A stretch of 64,000 bases of DNA from Oikopleura dioica (taxonomy: Eukaryota > Animalia > Chordata): contig OU015570.1 in assembly GCA_907165135.1 (NCBI GenBank), forward strand, positions 558,001 through 622,000, written 5' to 3'. The position numbers and the translations under genes were made by a program. This document shows positions 22,741 to 33,388 of the stretch, in pieces. Under the pieces are notes generated by a model, which had not been told where the DNA came from, did not search any database, and saw only the letters and a program-made list of their open reading frames with translations. Numbering within the stretch: position 1 is the first letter of the stretch; every line of letters starts with the position of its first letter.

Positions 22741-25050
22741 CTCAAAGTGTCATCAGTTTGACGAATATAGACTATATTTTAGACTTACAGTTGACTCGCA
22801 AAATTTGGACCCGCACAATTCGGCCCTTCTTTCGAATTTGGCGAAAATTAATGAAAATCGCTCAATTAGCCATCTATGTGAATATCAGTCAAATTTGCTT
22901 GCTCAAACGTATTTTGTAAGATAACTTTACGAGAAAAATGCTATTTCTTACTCTTTTTCTTATAAACACGTCGAATTTACGGGGATAATTGTGCGAGTTA
23001 ACTGTACGTCAATTCGGTTCTACGTTGGTTTAAATTTGTTCGTCAGCTTGGTATCACCGAATCGATCAGACATATTTGCAAAAATCATTTCACGATATTC
23101 TTCTCAACATGAAAAGATGGTCAGTTTTTACGAGCCAGATTGACCCAAAATTGTCTTATCATCATGTCATCTCTCTACGATCTAAACTTTTTATCATTGG
23201 AATGCTCATATGCTCTCATCATACTGCGATCTGACGTAGATTCATCAAAAAATATGAACCTCGCAAAACCGCATGTTTAATATTGATATTGATAATTCTT
23301 ATCATTGCTTTGCGATTCTGAAAAAAACGATTATTGACAGTATATGATTCAACTTCTACAACAAGATAGCCGTCAATGCCTTCAGAACTGTGAGCACAAC
23401 TGACCGATGAAAATCCACTTCAGTATTGTTGATGATCATCTTAATATTTCTCCCATGTCTTTTAGCTATGCAAGATCGATTGTTCATCGAGTTGAAATAG
23501 ATCTTATAATGGTTCTTATGTCCAAAATATAATCTTCTTTAAATACGGTTTATGTTAACAGTGTCTCGAGCGCGAGCACGCCCTCTGAGCTAAAGAAAAA
23601 TATAAAAAAAATTAAAATATTTAGAATCATTTTAATAAAGGGTATTGTCATCGCTCTTTACAAAGTATCAAATTTTTAATCTGAGTTGATTTTTAGAATC
23701 CTCATGAAATTCTGAACAAAAAAGTCCTTATGACCTTTTTCTCTCTTTCAACCGGTTTCCCGGAAATTGCGACTAAAATTGGCGAAATTTAATGCATTTT
23801 GCCCAAAAGCCAAATTTTGACCATTTTTAGAAGTTTCCGAGGGGCTTCATATGACAAATTTTTAGAAAGCTTATGTTCAGGGCTTCAAACTGGTATATAA
23901 ACGTCGGAGTTTGGGCATGCCCTCAGGGCAATTAAGGAGGTTGTTTCGGTCAAAAATGGGTACTATCGATTTTCGAAAAAATTTTGTAAGAAAAAATAAT
24001 TAACCCGATAACGAGAGCGGGAGGTTTTTCGGATATACAGTCAGGGCTTGCAACTTCTGGCCTTGCAATTACACGGTTTTTGGCGGAAATCCCGAAAATT
24101 TATGCATTTTCATAAAAAGGCATGATAAATATTCAATTTCTATCAAAATTACATTTTTAACTATGAGAATAGTATTTTTTAGAAGAAAATGATATTATGA
24201 CTAAGAATCGAAGTTTTCTAGAACATGGTGTTTTTGTTATTTTTGGCGACATTTTGCGACATTCGGCGACATTCGGCGACATTCGGCGACATAGTCAGTG
24301 TATGTTGGGATCAGTCTATGAGACGGACCCAATGTACTCTCGTCCTGGGCCACCACCCTTGATCTATTTTATGATCTTCTTGATAAGCTTCGCTACCTCC
24401 AACTCTTGACTAAGTATAATAAACTAGAGAGTTGGTGTGTTGATCCAAAAGGGGTCGTCAAAGACGATCCCATCATTGGTGACTGAACCCTTTACGGCCG
24501 ACGTCCCAGTGAAGAGAGCGGCGGCGTCCAGAAACATGTCAGTGGAAACTACAGTCAGCGGCTGCGACAACGAAATGAGTCACCATCTTGAGGGGGACCG
24601 ATCACCTTCCTGGCATAACTCAATGCACAAGGACTCGTTCGCGTGTCGAAATAAGAACATCAGCCTTAACTACGACAGTATCAACACCATCAGCCACTAC
24701 GACAAAGTCGACAACAACATCAGATAACTTGGAAATTGCAAAAGCGGCTATTCTGCCACTTCCCTAGCCGCCTTTTCAAAATTCGAGAATTTCACGACGA
24801 TCGACACAGGCGCCGCACCTTTCGCGAAGATTCGAAATTTTCTGCTGATCTTGACCGGCGTCATAAAATTCTAGGTTCTTTATCGAATTTTATATCCCAG
24901 CGCAGCTGACGAGACCATAAAGCTACACACATCAAGCAAACCGCTGGTCATAAAAGTTCGAGAAAACACCAAGGTCAACAACATCGGCTGATAAAATGGA
25001 ACCGAGCCGCGCCGACTCAAAGTGAAGTACACAAGTCAAGTCAAGAGAAT

Positions 25051-25479
25051 ATGAAGCTCACTGAATACTTATATTCGGTGATGCAGTATGCGCCAATATG
25101 GAACAACCAAAAAGGAACAAAAGAAGAGGAAGTCGAAGACATCAAGAATTTCATAGAGGCGATCGATGATTTCAGAAGGGACTGCGATTTAGATGAAGAA
25201 GTTGCAATTTACATTGCGATGCGCCGAACTAGCTTTGAGGCGGAAAATCTCTTGCGAAGAATACAGGACGAATGCGAAGAGAACACTCAAGATCTAGATA
25301 GATTTGAGGATTCACTTTACGAGCTTGTTTCAGCTGCGCACGACTCCGAGTCCTCCTCCTCAGTATCAGGGAGCGTGACTTCTGACACGGAAAGCTCCGA
25401 CTACAGCTCGTGGACGACTTCACCTTCAACACTTTCATCTGGATCAGAAGATGGAGAGATCAGTTTCGACTCCGATTAA
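25051..25479 (+). CDS. Short gag-like ORF, 142 aa, with an acidic Ser-rich tail
   Basis: Located after the PBS; DIKNFIEAIDDF..CDLDEEVAI resembles a capsid N-terminal helix pattern. Confidence 0.45.
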   Translation: MKLTEYLYSVMQYAPIWNNQKGTKEEEVEDIKNFIEAIDDFRRDCDLDEEVAIYIAMRRTSFEAENLLRRIQDECEENTQDLDRFEDSLYELVSAAHDSESSSSVSGSVTSDTESSDYSSWTTSPSTLSSGSEDGEISFDSD

Positions 25480-26182
25480 ATTCCCGCTAAGTGGTGCAAT
25501 GAAAATGGACAAATGAGGAAACAATAATTCGACAAAGAGCTCACAAAAAGAAGGGATTATGACTAGTTCAAAAGAGAAGAAGGAAGAGTTGATTGGCCAG
25601 GGATCAGGTGGATGCCTTAACCTACACGGAAGACGCACGTGTGCAAGGCCTAGCTTGAAGGACTCAGCTGGTTGTAAAGATTCAACCGTACGGCCGAAGA
25701 GAGTAGGGATGCCAACGTCCAGACGTGACCCGCGGAGGGAGTCCGCGGCGCCGAGAATGCAAGGAAGGGCCAACCTAGGGTCCGGCATGATTAGGACCAA
25801 AAATTAAATTTCAATAAAACTTCACGATTCCACAAATTCGACCCCAAGAATTTCAATTCCGGTCACTGATTCTTCAAAAAACCTCCGATTCAACCCTTTT
25901 CAGGGCTTTAATGAAAATTTGAATGGAGAGCCAAGTGCGCTCTGATTGGTCAGCTCCGCCTAGCGATTTTTATTACTGCAACGATCCCCCCTTGGTGGCT
26001 CAAATGTTAGCGCTCTCGCTTGAAAAGCAAGAGGTGGTGAGATCGATTCACCGAAAATCAAAAATTTTTTTTCATTATTTTTCATTATTTTTTTCATAAT
26101 TATTGAAAAATTTTAATTTTCGTTATAAGAAAAAAAAAGATTTCTCAGATGATTACCATAACAAACAAAGAAATTGGAATTA

Positions 26183-26581
26183 CAGTTAATTATGGAATTT
26201 TTGGACATTTTTTGTCCCAAGATTTTCGCGAAAATGTCCATAAATTTGATACACGCGGCCAAAAAAAATATCCCATCCAAATCGCTTAAAAAATTTTTTT
26301 TGAGAAAAATCTCCATCATTCTTTGTTTAATCCTTCTTCTAAAGACAAAAAATGTTTAAGGGGTACGAGATCAACCTTCAATCTTATCTTTCTCAAAGAA
26401 AAAGTAAGATTTTAATATGAAAAAACTTCATATCTGGCAAAAATAACAGAAAATTTAAAAATACGGCGCAGAAAATGTCCAAAAATTTGATACGGGCACT
26501 TTTGAAAAGTGTCCCAAGAAAACCCCATAAAATAGCAAAAATGTCCAAAAATTTGATGTCCAAAAATTCCATAAAAAACTG
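26183..26581. mobile_element. Tc1/mariner-like MITE with TA TSD
   Basis: ta|cagttaattatggaatttttggacat ... atgtccaaaaattccataaaaaactg|ta. Confidence 0.75.
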
Positions 26582-26603
26582 TATTTTCATTTTTACGCAA
26601 ACG

Positions 26604-26770
26604 GGTGTGGGTGGGGTTGGGGACAAAACTAAGACTGATCACCTCAGAGTTAAATGCCTTTGTCAAGCCCCTTAAAGTTAATAATCAAGGAACGGGGCTG
26701 AGACGGCCCGAAGGGCCGTCAAGCCCCTTAAAGTTAAAAATCAAGGAACGGGGCTGAGACGGCCCGAAGG
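26604..26770 (+). repeat. 59-bp tandem unit with GC-rich hairpin GGGGCTGAGACGGCCC-GAA-GGGCCGTCAAGCCCC
   Basis: About two units here; family copies at about 20320-20420 (-), 36697-36801 (-), 51384-51570 (+) and 60330-60420 (+). Confidence 0.8.
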
Positions 26771-27427
26771 CTTATTATTTCGACAAGCTTGACGATATTT
26801 CTGTAATGGTTTTGCAACCTATACAAATAAGTAAACACAAGAGAAATATACAGACAACTGAGCAAAGTTGGCTGTGTATAAAAAGAGTAAAGTTTTGAGC
26901 TTTTATTTGATCTTATCTCTGAGCGAGCAAAAGTGAGAATGACTGTGAGAGAGATGGTGAGCGGTTTTTATAGTTTTTCAAATTTTCGGGTTCCCAGTAG
27001 ATTAATCGGCTGTTATTCGATCGTATCGTTTTCATCGGATTAATTGAACATTAACGTAATAATTCGTCACCAACGGATTTTGTCACTTGGAAAAGGAATA
27101 ATTCCATTTTAGCGGATTAATCGGATTTCGAGCATCAGGACGTGAGAATAATTTGAAGAGCGGCGTTTTAAAACGGATTATTTGGTTTTTCAGGAAGGGC
27201 GCGCGTTTTAGAGTCGATTATTTCGCCAGCGCTAGTGCGCCATCATTTTCACTTACGCGCCGTGCTCGCGTGGCAAGCTTTGCTTTGCCCCGCGGCGTGA
27301 TCGTAATTAGAGCAATTCTGTAAAACCACTACATATTCTTCCCTCTTCTTTTTGAGCGGAGCGTTCTGGTAAAGTTTGAAGAAGGAGCGGTTTTCAGCAA
27401 GTAGGTTCTTTGAAGATTTGAGCATCT

Positions 27428-28129
27428 TCAAAGAAGATTTCCATGAAAGAAGGAGTCGAATGCATCAGAAGTTGCATCATTGACAAGATCGTATTCACGA
27501 GCGGGGGAATTCCAACGTATGTCCAAATTTACTTGCCCTGAATTGTTGAGCGGAGCTTCAGGGGGTTGGTAGACTACCAGGGCAGTCTCTTGAGCTACAA
27601 GGCAATATTTCTGGCATTTTTCAATAAAGAAAGCGAAATGGACATTGGAGAGGAGTTCAACTTCTTTCAGATCGGAGAAGTTAAGGTTGTCCCAGGCGAT
27701 TCTTCTGTACATGAAATGTTTGACAAAAGATTCGCGAACTTTGTCAGCTAGCTGAAGTTTTCCTTCTCGTGAGGTCTCGAAGTTGAGAAGGATTTTCATC
27801 GTGAAGGCAGTTTTCTTTGTCCATAAAATTATATCATTTGGACGAGGTTCTCTTTCGTAAGAGATCCAGACATTGGTGAGCTTTTCGAGGTCAATTTGAG
27901 CAGCAAAGTTGTTGTAGAACTCGTAACCTTTGCGAGCAGATTCCTCGACGATTCTTATGAGCTGGATTGTCTTTTCGCAGAACAGATATCGAGTGTCAAT
28001 TTCGAGCGGGAGCATTTGAGGTATGACGTATCTCAGGAAATTGGTTTTCAGATCACCTGTTGGTTTGAAGTTATGACAGATTTCGTTATATTTTGAATAC
28101 TTCCGGTTTTCTACTTGTCTCTGAGCCAT
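27428..28129 (-). CDS. Intact 233-aa orphan ORF downstream of a Gypsy integrase tail
   Basis: ATG-initiated, uninterrupted; no transmembrane segment or known motif seen. Confidence 0.55.
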   Translation of the reverse strand: MAQRQVENRKYSKYNEICHNFKPTGDLKTNFLRYVIPQMLPLEIDTRYLFCEKTIQLIRIVEESARKGYEFYNNFAAQIDLEKLTNVWISYEREPRPNDIILWTKKTAFTMKILLNFETSREGKLQLADKVRESFVKHFMYRRIAWDNLNFSDLKEVELLSNVHFAFFIEKCQKYCLVAQETALVVYQPPEAPLNNSGQVNLDIRWNSPAREYDLVNDATSDAFDSFFHGNLL

Positions 28130-28884
28130 TTTCGATCTCTTGCGAGTGGCGTTTTTCTCGGAAGCGGAGGCGAAAGAGCATTTTTTCGATCAACGAATCA
28201 GGAAATTGAGCGCTTTTACGTAAGATTCAAGAGTCGGGAGGCTTGCATACTCTTCCCTCTTTTTTTTGAGCTTTTGAGTCTTCTGAGTGAACAGTGTTTG
28301 AGCGAATTATTTGAGCAAACGATTCTTAGAGCGAACAAATTTGAGCTGAATCGTCTCTTTGAGCAACTTGATCTTGATCGTTTTAGCAGATGAATCCATG
28401 AGCGAGCAGAATCATCTTTAAGAAACTTGATCTTGATCGTTTGAGCAGATGAATCCATGAGCGAGCAAAATCATCTTTAAGAAACTTGATTATGAATTAT
28501 CTGAATGTGAAAAAGCAACTGCACGCATTGCTTCGCATCTTTGGAGGAGTGGACCAAGGTTCAGAAAAGCGGTGTCCATCGTGTGCGCAATTGATAGACA
28601 CATTAGCTGGGTTATGAGAACACAAGTCCAAAGAGGCCTGTATGAAACTTCTGCACAGCAAATGAGCGGAACTGGATTCCCTTTGATCGAGCGAGCGGGG
28701 ATGACTTCGAGCTTTGAAGTGAGCCGATCCAGTGTGCATAAACATTGCCGAAGTTTATGATCCAATATTTGAGCTTCAGGTTAACCTTTTGAGAACAGGA
28801 CTTTTTATCACAGATTTTGAGCGAACTTCGTAAACAAGTGTGAACGTGAGCAGGAACAGGAGCATAAGTTTAATGGCTTGATCA

Positions 28885-29200
28885 TCATCGTCGTGAGCGA
28901 AGGCGATGTTTCCATTTAGGAGTTTGAACTTGAAGTCCATCATCTCTATCAACAGGCTCATGTTGATCTTTATGAGGGCTTCTGATACTTTGATCTTCTT
29001 TCGTATCATTATGAGCAGGAACTTGAGCAAGATCTTGATCGAGCTGATCTTCTTCCGCTTTTTGATCAGTCTTTACTTTGACGACAAACTTTGTTTGATT
29101 TTCAGCCGTTTTGAGTCGGAGCGGTCGGATCAGGCTGATGTGTCGTCGATACTCTTTCTTTGTAAGCGGGCACTTGACATTGTAACTATCCTGCATGGTA
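28885..29200 (-). pseudogene. Gypsy integrase C-terminal tail
   Basis: KKEYRRHISLIRPL and KWKHRLRSRR match RREYRRHINVIRPL and WAKRLRQR of ORF 54510-54968. Confidence 0.75.
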
Positions 29201-29639
29201 TGTAGCAGGTGTAGCATGCAGCAGCGTTCAAAAAACGTGTAGCAAAGGGTAGCTTGCTACATTGCTACATTTTTCTGGGGGTGAAAATTTTTGTTCGCTT
29301 AAAGAAAATTCTAGAGCAGATTTGTTATTATCGACTCCGAAATTCAGCAGAAAATTTTCGTGAAAAAGCAACAATTTTGTTCTAGAATGCAATATTTCAA
29401 AAAAAAAAACGTGACAAGAATACATTTTACAGGAATATCTGTCGTAAGAGACGATTTATCAGCTTCATTGTATTTTGAACGTCTCTTTTGATACCTGACA
29501 GTGTTTATTAGCTAAGAAGTAATCTAGTTTGACCTTAAAAATTTTGCGAAAAAATATTTTTTATGTAGGAAGTGTAGCATGTAGCAGCGATTTTTCTGAG
29601 GCGATGTAGCACATGTAGCATGTAGCAGCAATATATTGC

Positions 29640-30007
29640 TACATTTTGAACCCTGCCTACAACCGTTTTTAGTCTCTTCCTGGATGAATTCAAAGCTCGA
29701 AGAAAATCTGCAACGTAATATCCATCAGTTGCTTATGCCCATTGTTAATGTTTTGAAGTGGACCGAAGATCTGACTGTATTTAATGCCCTATTGAAGCTC
29801 TGCTCTGACCACCAAATAAAGGAGCTCGCCCTGCCCCTATCATCCACTGCCTCCGGTTGGAAAGAAGATAAAAGAAAAAACGAAGCACTTGAATTGCTTT
29901 CTGCCTCTTTTCCTGAGATTGAACCTGTTTATTCTCCTGAATTTCAATTATTTCGACCTGAACATATGATATGTTACATATCCCTGTCTGTACAAATAGA
30001 AGCTTGA
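29640..30007 (+). CDS. 3' exon of an unidentified host gene, 5'-truncated at a tgtagca-repeat element (about 29200-29640)
   Basis: About 120 open codons ending in TGA, convergent with the zinc-finger gene 110 bp away. Confidence 0.4.
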
Positions 30008-30116
30008 AATAAGTTGAAAAAATTTATTTTCATTTTACAAAATGGCGGGAATAGCTTGAAGTATTGACCTCTAGCTTGAGATCACAGGCTTACAGTACAG
30101 TAAAATATAGTAATAG

Positions 30117-30930
30117 CTACACAACGAGTAAATTAGCGTCATTGGGAAGGCGGTAGATGATTTTCACAGATCTGAGCGTACTGATCGCAACTCGTTGAGC
30201 TCGGCGATCTCGGTAGTTGTTTTGCTTAGGCAGTTTTTTGCTGTGGTCGCAGCAGCCTAAAATATGATTAATAAGGAAACATGAGTTTCGAAAATACCTT
30301 GGTAAATTGATTTGTGGCAAATGACTCCCTCTTCTGTGGAAAATTTCTCTCCGCAGTCTCGACAGGAGTAGATAAGGGGTCCTTTGTCCATATGGGCACG
30401 GCGGTGTGCGTCGCGTTGCTTGAAACTCTTGAATGTATTTGGACAGAGCTCGCATTTGAAGGGTCCGTGGCCGATGGCCTTGTGTATTCGCAAACCGACA
30501 CGAGAATCGAACATTCTTGGGCACTATAGATACAATTAGACTCGCCTTTACAGATCGCTAATTACCTCCGAACATATCAAGTGAGCTCTCGCAGAGTGTT
30601 CCATTTGATCTTCCTTTGAAGTGAAGGTTTTGTAGCAGAACTTGCACTTGTAGAACTTCAAGCTAAGAGAAGAACTAATACTGAGTTTCTTCTCTCCAGC
30701 CTTTTTTTTGGCTCTTCTTTTGAGCTTGATTTTTCATTTTCTTTCGTGGACAAATTCAGCGGTTTCTTCTCCGCGACTGGCTCTGTTTCTTTGTCCGGTT
30801 TGGGCATGAATAGCGGGTCTATCTTGAGCACATCAATTGGGTCGTTTATGTCTTCAGCGATTCCCTTCGGGAGCTTGATCAGCGGCCCCACGTCCAAATC
30901 CATGGGCTCGATTTTGAATAAATCTGAAAC
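30117..30930 (-). CDS. C2H2 zinc-finger protein, multi-exon; probable 1-bp deletion in the T8 run at 30702-30709
   Basis: YKCKFCYKTF..QMEHSARAH, FKCELCPNTF..RDAHRRAH, YSCRDCGEKF. One extra A on the minus strand makes 30903-30570 continuous. True start uncertain. Confidence 0.8.
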
Positions 30931-31827
30931 AGAGTTTTACTCTACAATTTTCTTCCGAAGACGAAGGTCCTAATAGTCTGTAGATTGATCAATATTTGAA
31001 AATACTAACTCGGCCGTGTTGTGAGAACAGAGCGATAATTCTCAGGATTCCGACTTTAAAAATGATATCGTTATATCTTGTTTATTATTCTTTTGCGTTC
31101 TGGTAATATTTCTTTTACTCTTTTTTCTATTGGAGAACTTTCACACGTGAATATCTAACGTTCGAGTTTTCCGGCTCCTGACGTAATCAAAAGAAGCTTA
31201 TATTGTCTAATAGACAAGGATATACTTGAGAAATATTTTAAAGTTTCAACAAAACATCAGCTTTATTACTCGCGAGTTCGATTATGATTCGAGGGAACAA
31301 CTAATTATTTCGAAAGTCTTACCAATATTCATCTCTGGCGATATATTCTCTTTATTCGGCAATTTAACGTCGCTGAAATCTAGGGTCATGTTTTTTCTGT
31401 TTTCCAAAAAGACGATTGAGTATAATTTATAGTAGATTTTGAAGCTTAATTTTATGCTCCGCCGAATGCGCTCGAGCAGGCGGCTGGTGATCCTAATCTG
31501 CACGAAGTGGTTCGAGCTAGAAAGTCTGCGCCAACATTTTGGGCCTCCAAGTTTAGAAAAGGCCTTCACACGGAGATCTTCGATCGATAGGGTAGATTAA
31601 TAGTAGTATTTCTTGTTAATTTTCACTTCCGGTCTGATTCAGGGATGCTGGATTTCTCAATGGACGTCTCAATGTTTTATACATCCTACTAACTTTAGGT
31701 CCTTACTTCCTCACTCAGCATTTTAGATCGAGCGAACTCAACTTACTTTTAAAGTTACTAAATTAGTAACTTTTGCTATCTTCAGTACTTTTATGAAAAC
31801 TAAATTCGGCTTAAGATTTTTGATTGA

Positions 31828-32857
31828 ATGCGCGTTACATCTGTTTGTCGTAATCTACTGAACATAACTCGCACTGGAAACACAAAAATAATCGAGCTAG
31901 CGGACCTAAAAGGCCGAAATGCCCTTGGAATTGATATGCTCAGGAAAGGATTATAATCGCAAAATAGAATGAGCATTCAGCTCTATAAACAAGCCAAATC
32001 CTTATAGAGAGCTCAACGAAGCGTTAAGGTATTTTTGTCTAAATATTATTGACTGTTATGTCAATACTTTTTAGTGACGATTTTAGCGATTACCGATCGA
32101 TTGTGATAAGATCAGCTCATCCTAAAATTTTCTCGCCGGGACATAATGTAGCGGAACTAAAGAATTTCGAACTTCATCAGCAGTTTTTCGGAACATGTAA
32201 AGAAGTTATGAAGAAGATAAGGGAAGTGGATGTGCCTGTGATTGCTCAAGTTACAGGGCTTGCTGTTGCTGCTGGAGCTCAACTTGCAATCGCAGCAGGT
32301 GGTAGACACTCATGTCTTCGACTTTTAATGATTCTTAAGATATTACGATTGCATCTGAAAACGCCAAGTTCAGCGTCCCCGGCGCAAAAACCATCGGGTT
32401 ATACTGCCACTCACCCGCGGTTGAACTTGCCCGCGCGGTACCTCGCAAGATTGCGATGGATTTACTTGTTACTGGAGATTTTCTGGAGGCAAGCGATGCG
32501 TATCGAGCTGGAATGATTTCCCGATTAGTCGGCGATTATGATGCGTGTGTTGCTGCTGTGGAAGGTTCGTTTTATTGTCGTGTATCGAGCTTATCTGGAA
32601 CATAACTACTATAATAAAATACATGACGCTTTTCAGATGTGATCAACAAAATTGAAAACACCTCTCGAAGCGTCCAAGCACTTGGAAAACAAAAGTTCTA
32701 TGACCAAGTTGATCTACCGATTCAAGACGCCGCAAATTTGATGGAAAACGCAATGTACGAGAATCTTCAACTAGCGGACACACAAATAGGAATCAACTCT
32801 TTCATGGAGAAGAAAAAGCCGCAGTGGACCCATTCTAATGCAAAACAAGACCCCTAA
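31828..32857 (+). CDS. ECHDC3: Enoyl-CoA hydratase domain-containing protein 3-like, intact, 268 aa; exons 31828-31943, 32008-32028, 32075-32298, 32340-32564, 32637-32857
   Basis: Crotonase motifs RNALGIDML, FSPGHN, PVIAQVTGLAVAAGAQL, GLYCHSPAVELARAVPRKIAMDLLVTG; exon phases are consistent. Confidence 0.88.
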
Positions 32858-33012
32858 GTTAGGGGCCCTAACTTTTTCCACTGTTCAGATTTTCTTTGAT
32901 TTGGAGACATACAAGAGTGCGATAACTTTCATAATCGAGCTCTGAATTGATCAGAAATCGACGATTTCTTCATTTTTCAAAATGCAATGTGTGACTTTGG
33001 CTGTCTGTTAGA

Positions 33013-33388
33013 ATGCTAAGGGCGGGTCGGGCATTATCTCGTCGTCTGACGTCGAATCTTCAAGGATTCCATGTCGTGAACCAATTCGAAGTAGACGATT
33101 TGAAATTGAAAGTTACCGAGCGAGTGCACCAAGAAAGCGAAGCCAAATGGACGCACATTGATAAACAGGGCGAGACGGAAAAAGTCTTTAACATTTGCTT
33201 CCGCACCGTTCCTTTTACCGACAACGGTGTCGCTCACATTCTAGGTAATTTTGAACAATTAGAGCATGTTATGATTAATTCACTTAGAGCACCTTGTTCT
33301 GTGTGGATCAAAGAACTTTCCCGTCCGGGATCCATTTTTCAAAATGATCAACCGCTCGCTTAATTCTTTCATGAATGCAATGACTGGA
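33013..33388 (+). pseudogene. PITRM1: 5' fragment of mitochondrial presequence protease (M16C); exons 33013-33244 and 33288-about 33388
   Basis: Arg-rich presequence, [40 protein letters not shown] (inverted HXXEH); cut off by Gypsy sequence. Confidence 0.9.

Noticed and set aside
22560-22760. Polinton A32-like packaging ATPase fragment (TQGRKTRLNLIVFGTQ)
   Set aside because: Short resemblance in a stop-containing frame, no Walker A motif, and another frame is fully open.
26690-26770. 59-bp hairpin unit as a hammerhead, twister or pistol ribozyme
   Set aside because: It has CTGA-GA and CAAGCCC fragments but lacks the CUGANGA/GAAA core and the pseudoknot partners of twister or pistol.
27428-28129. 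env gene
   Set aside because: No signal peptide or transmembrane segment.
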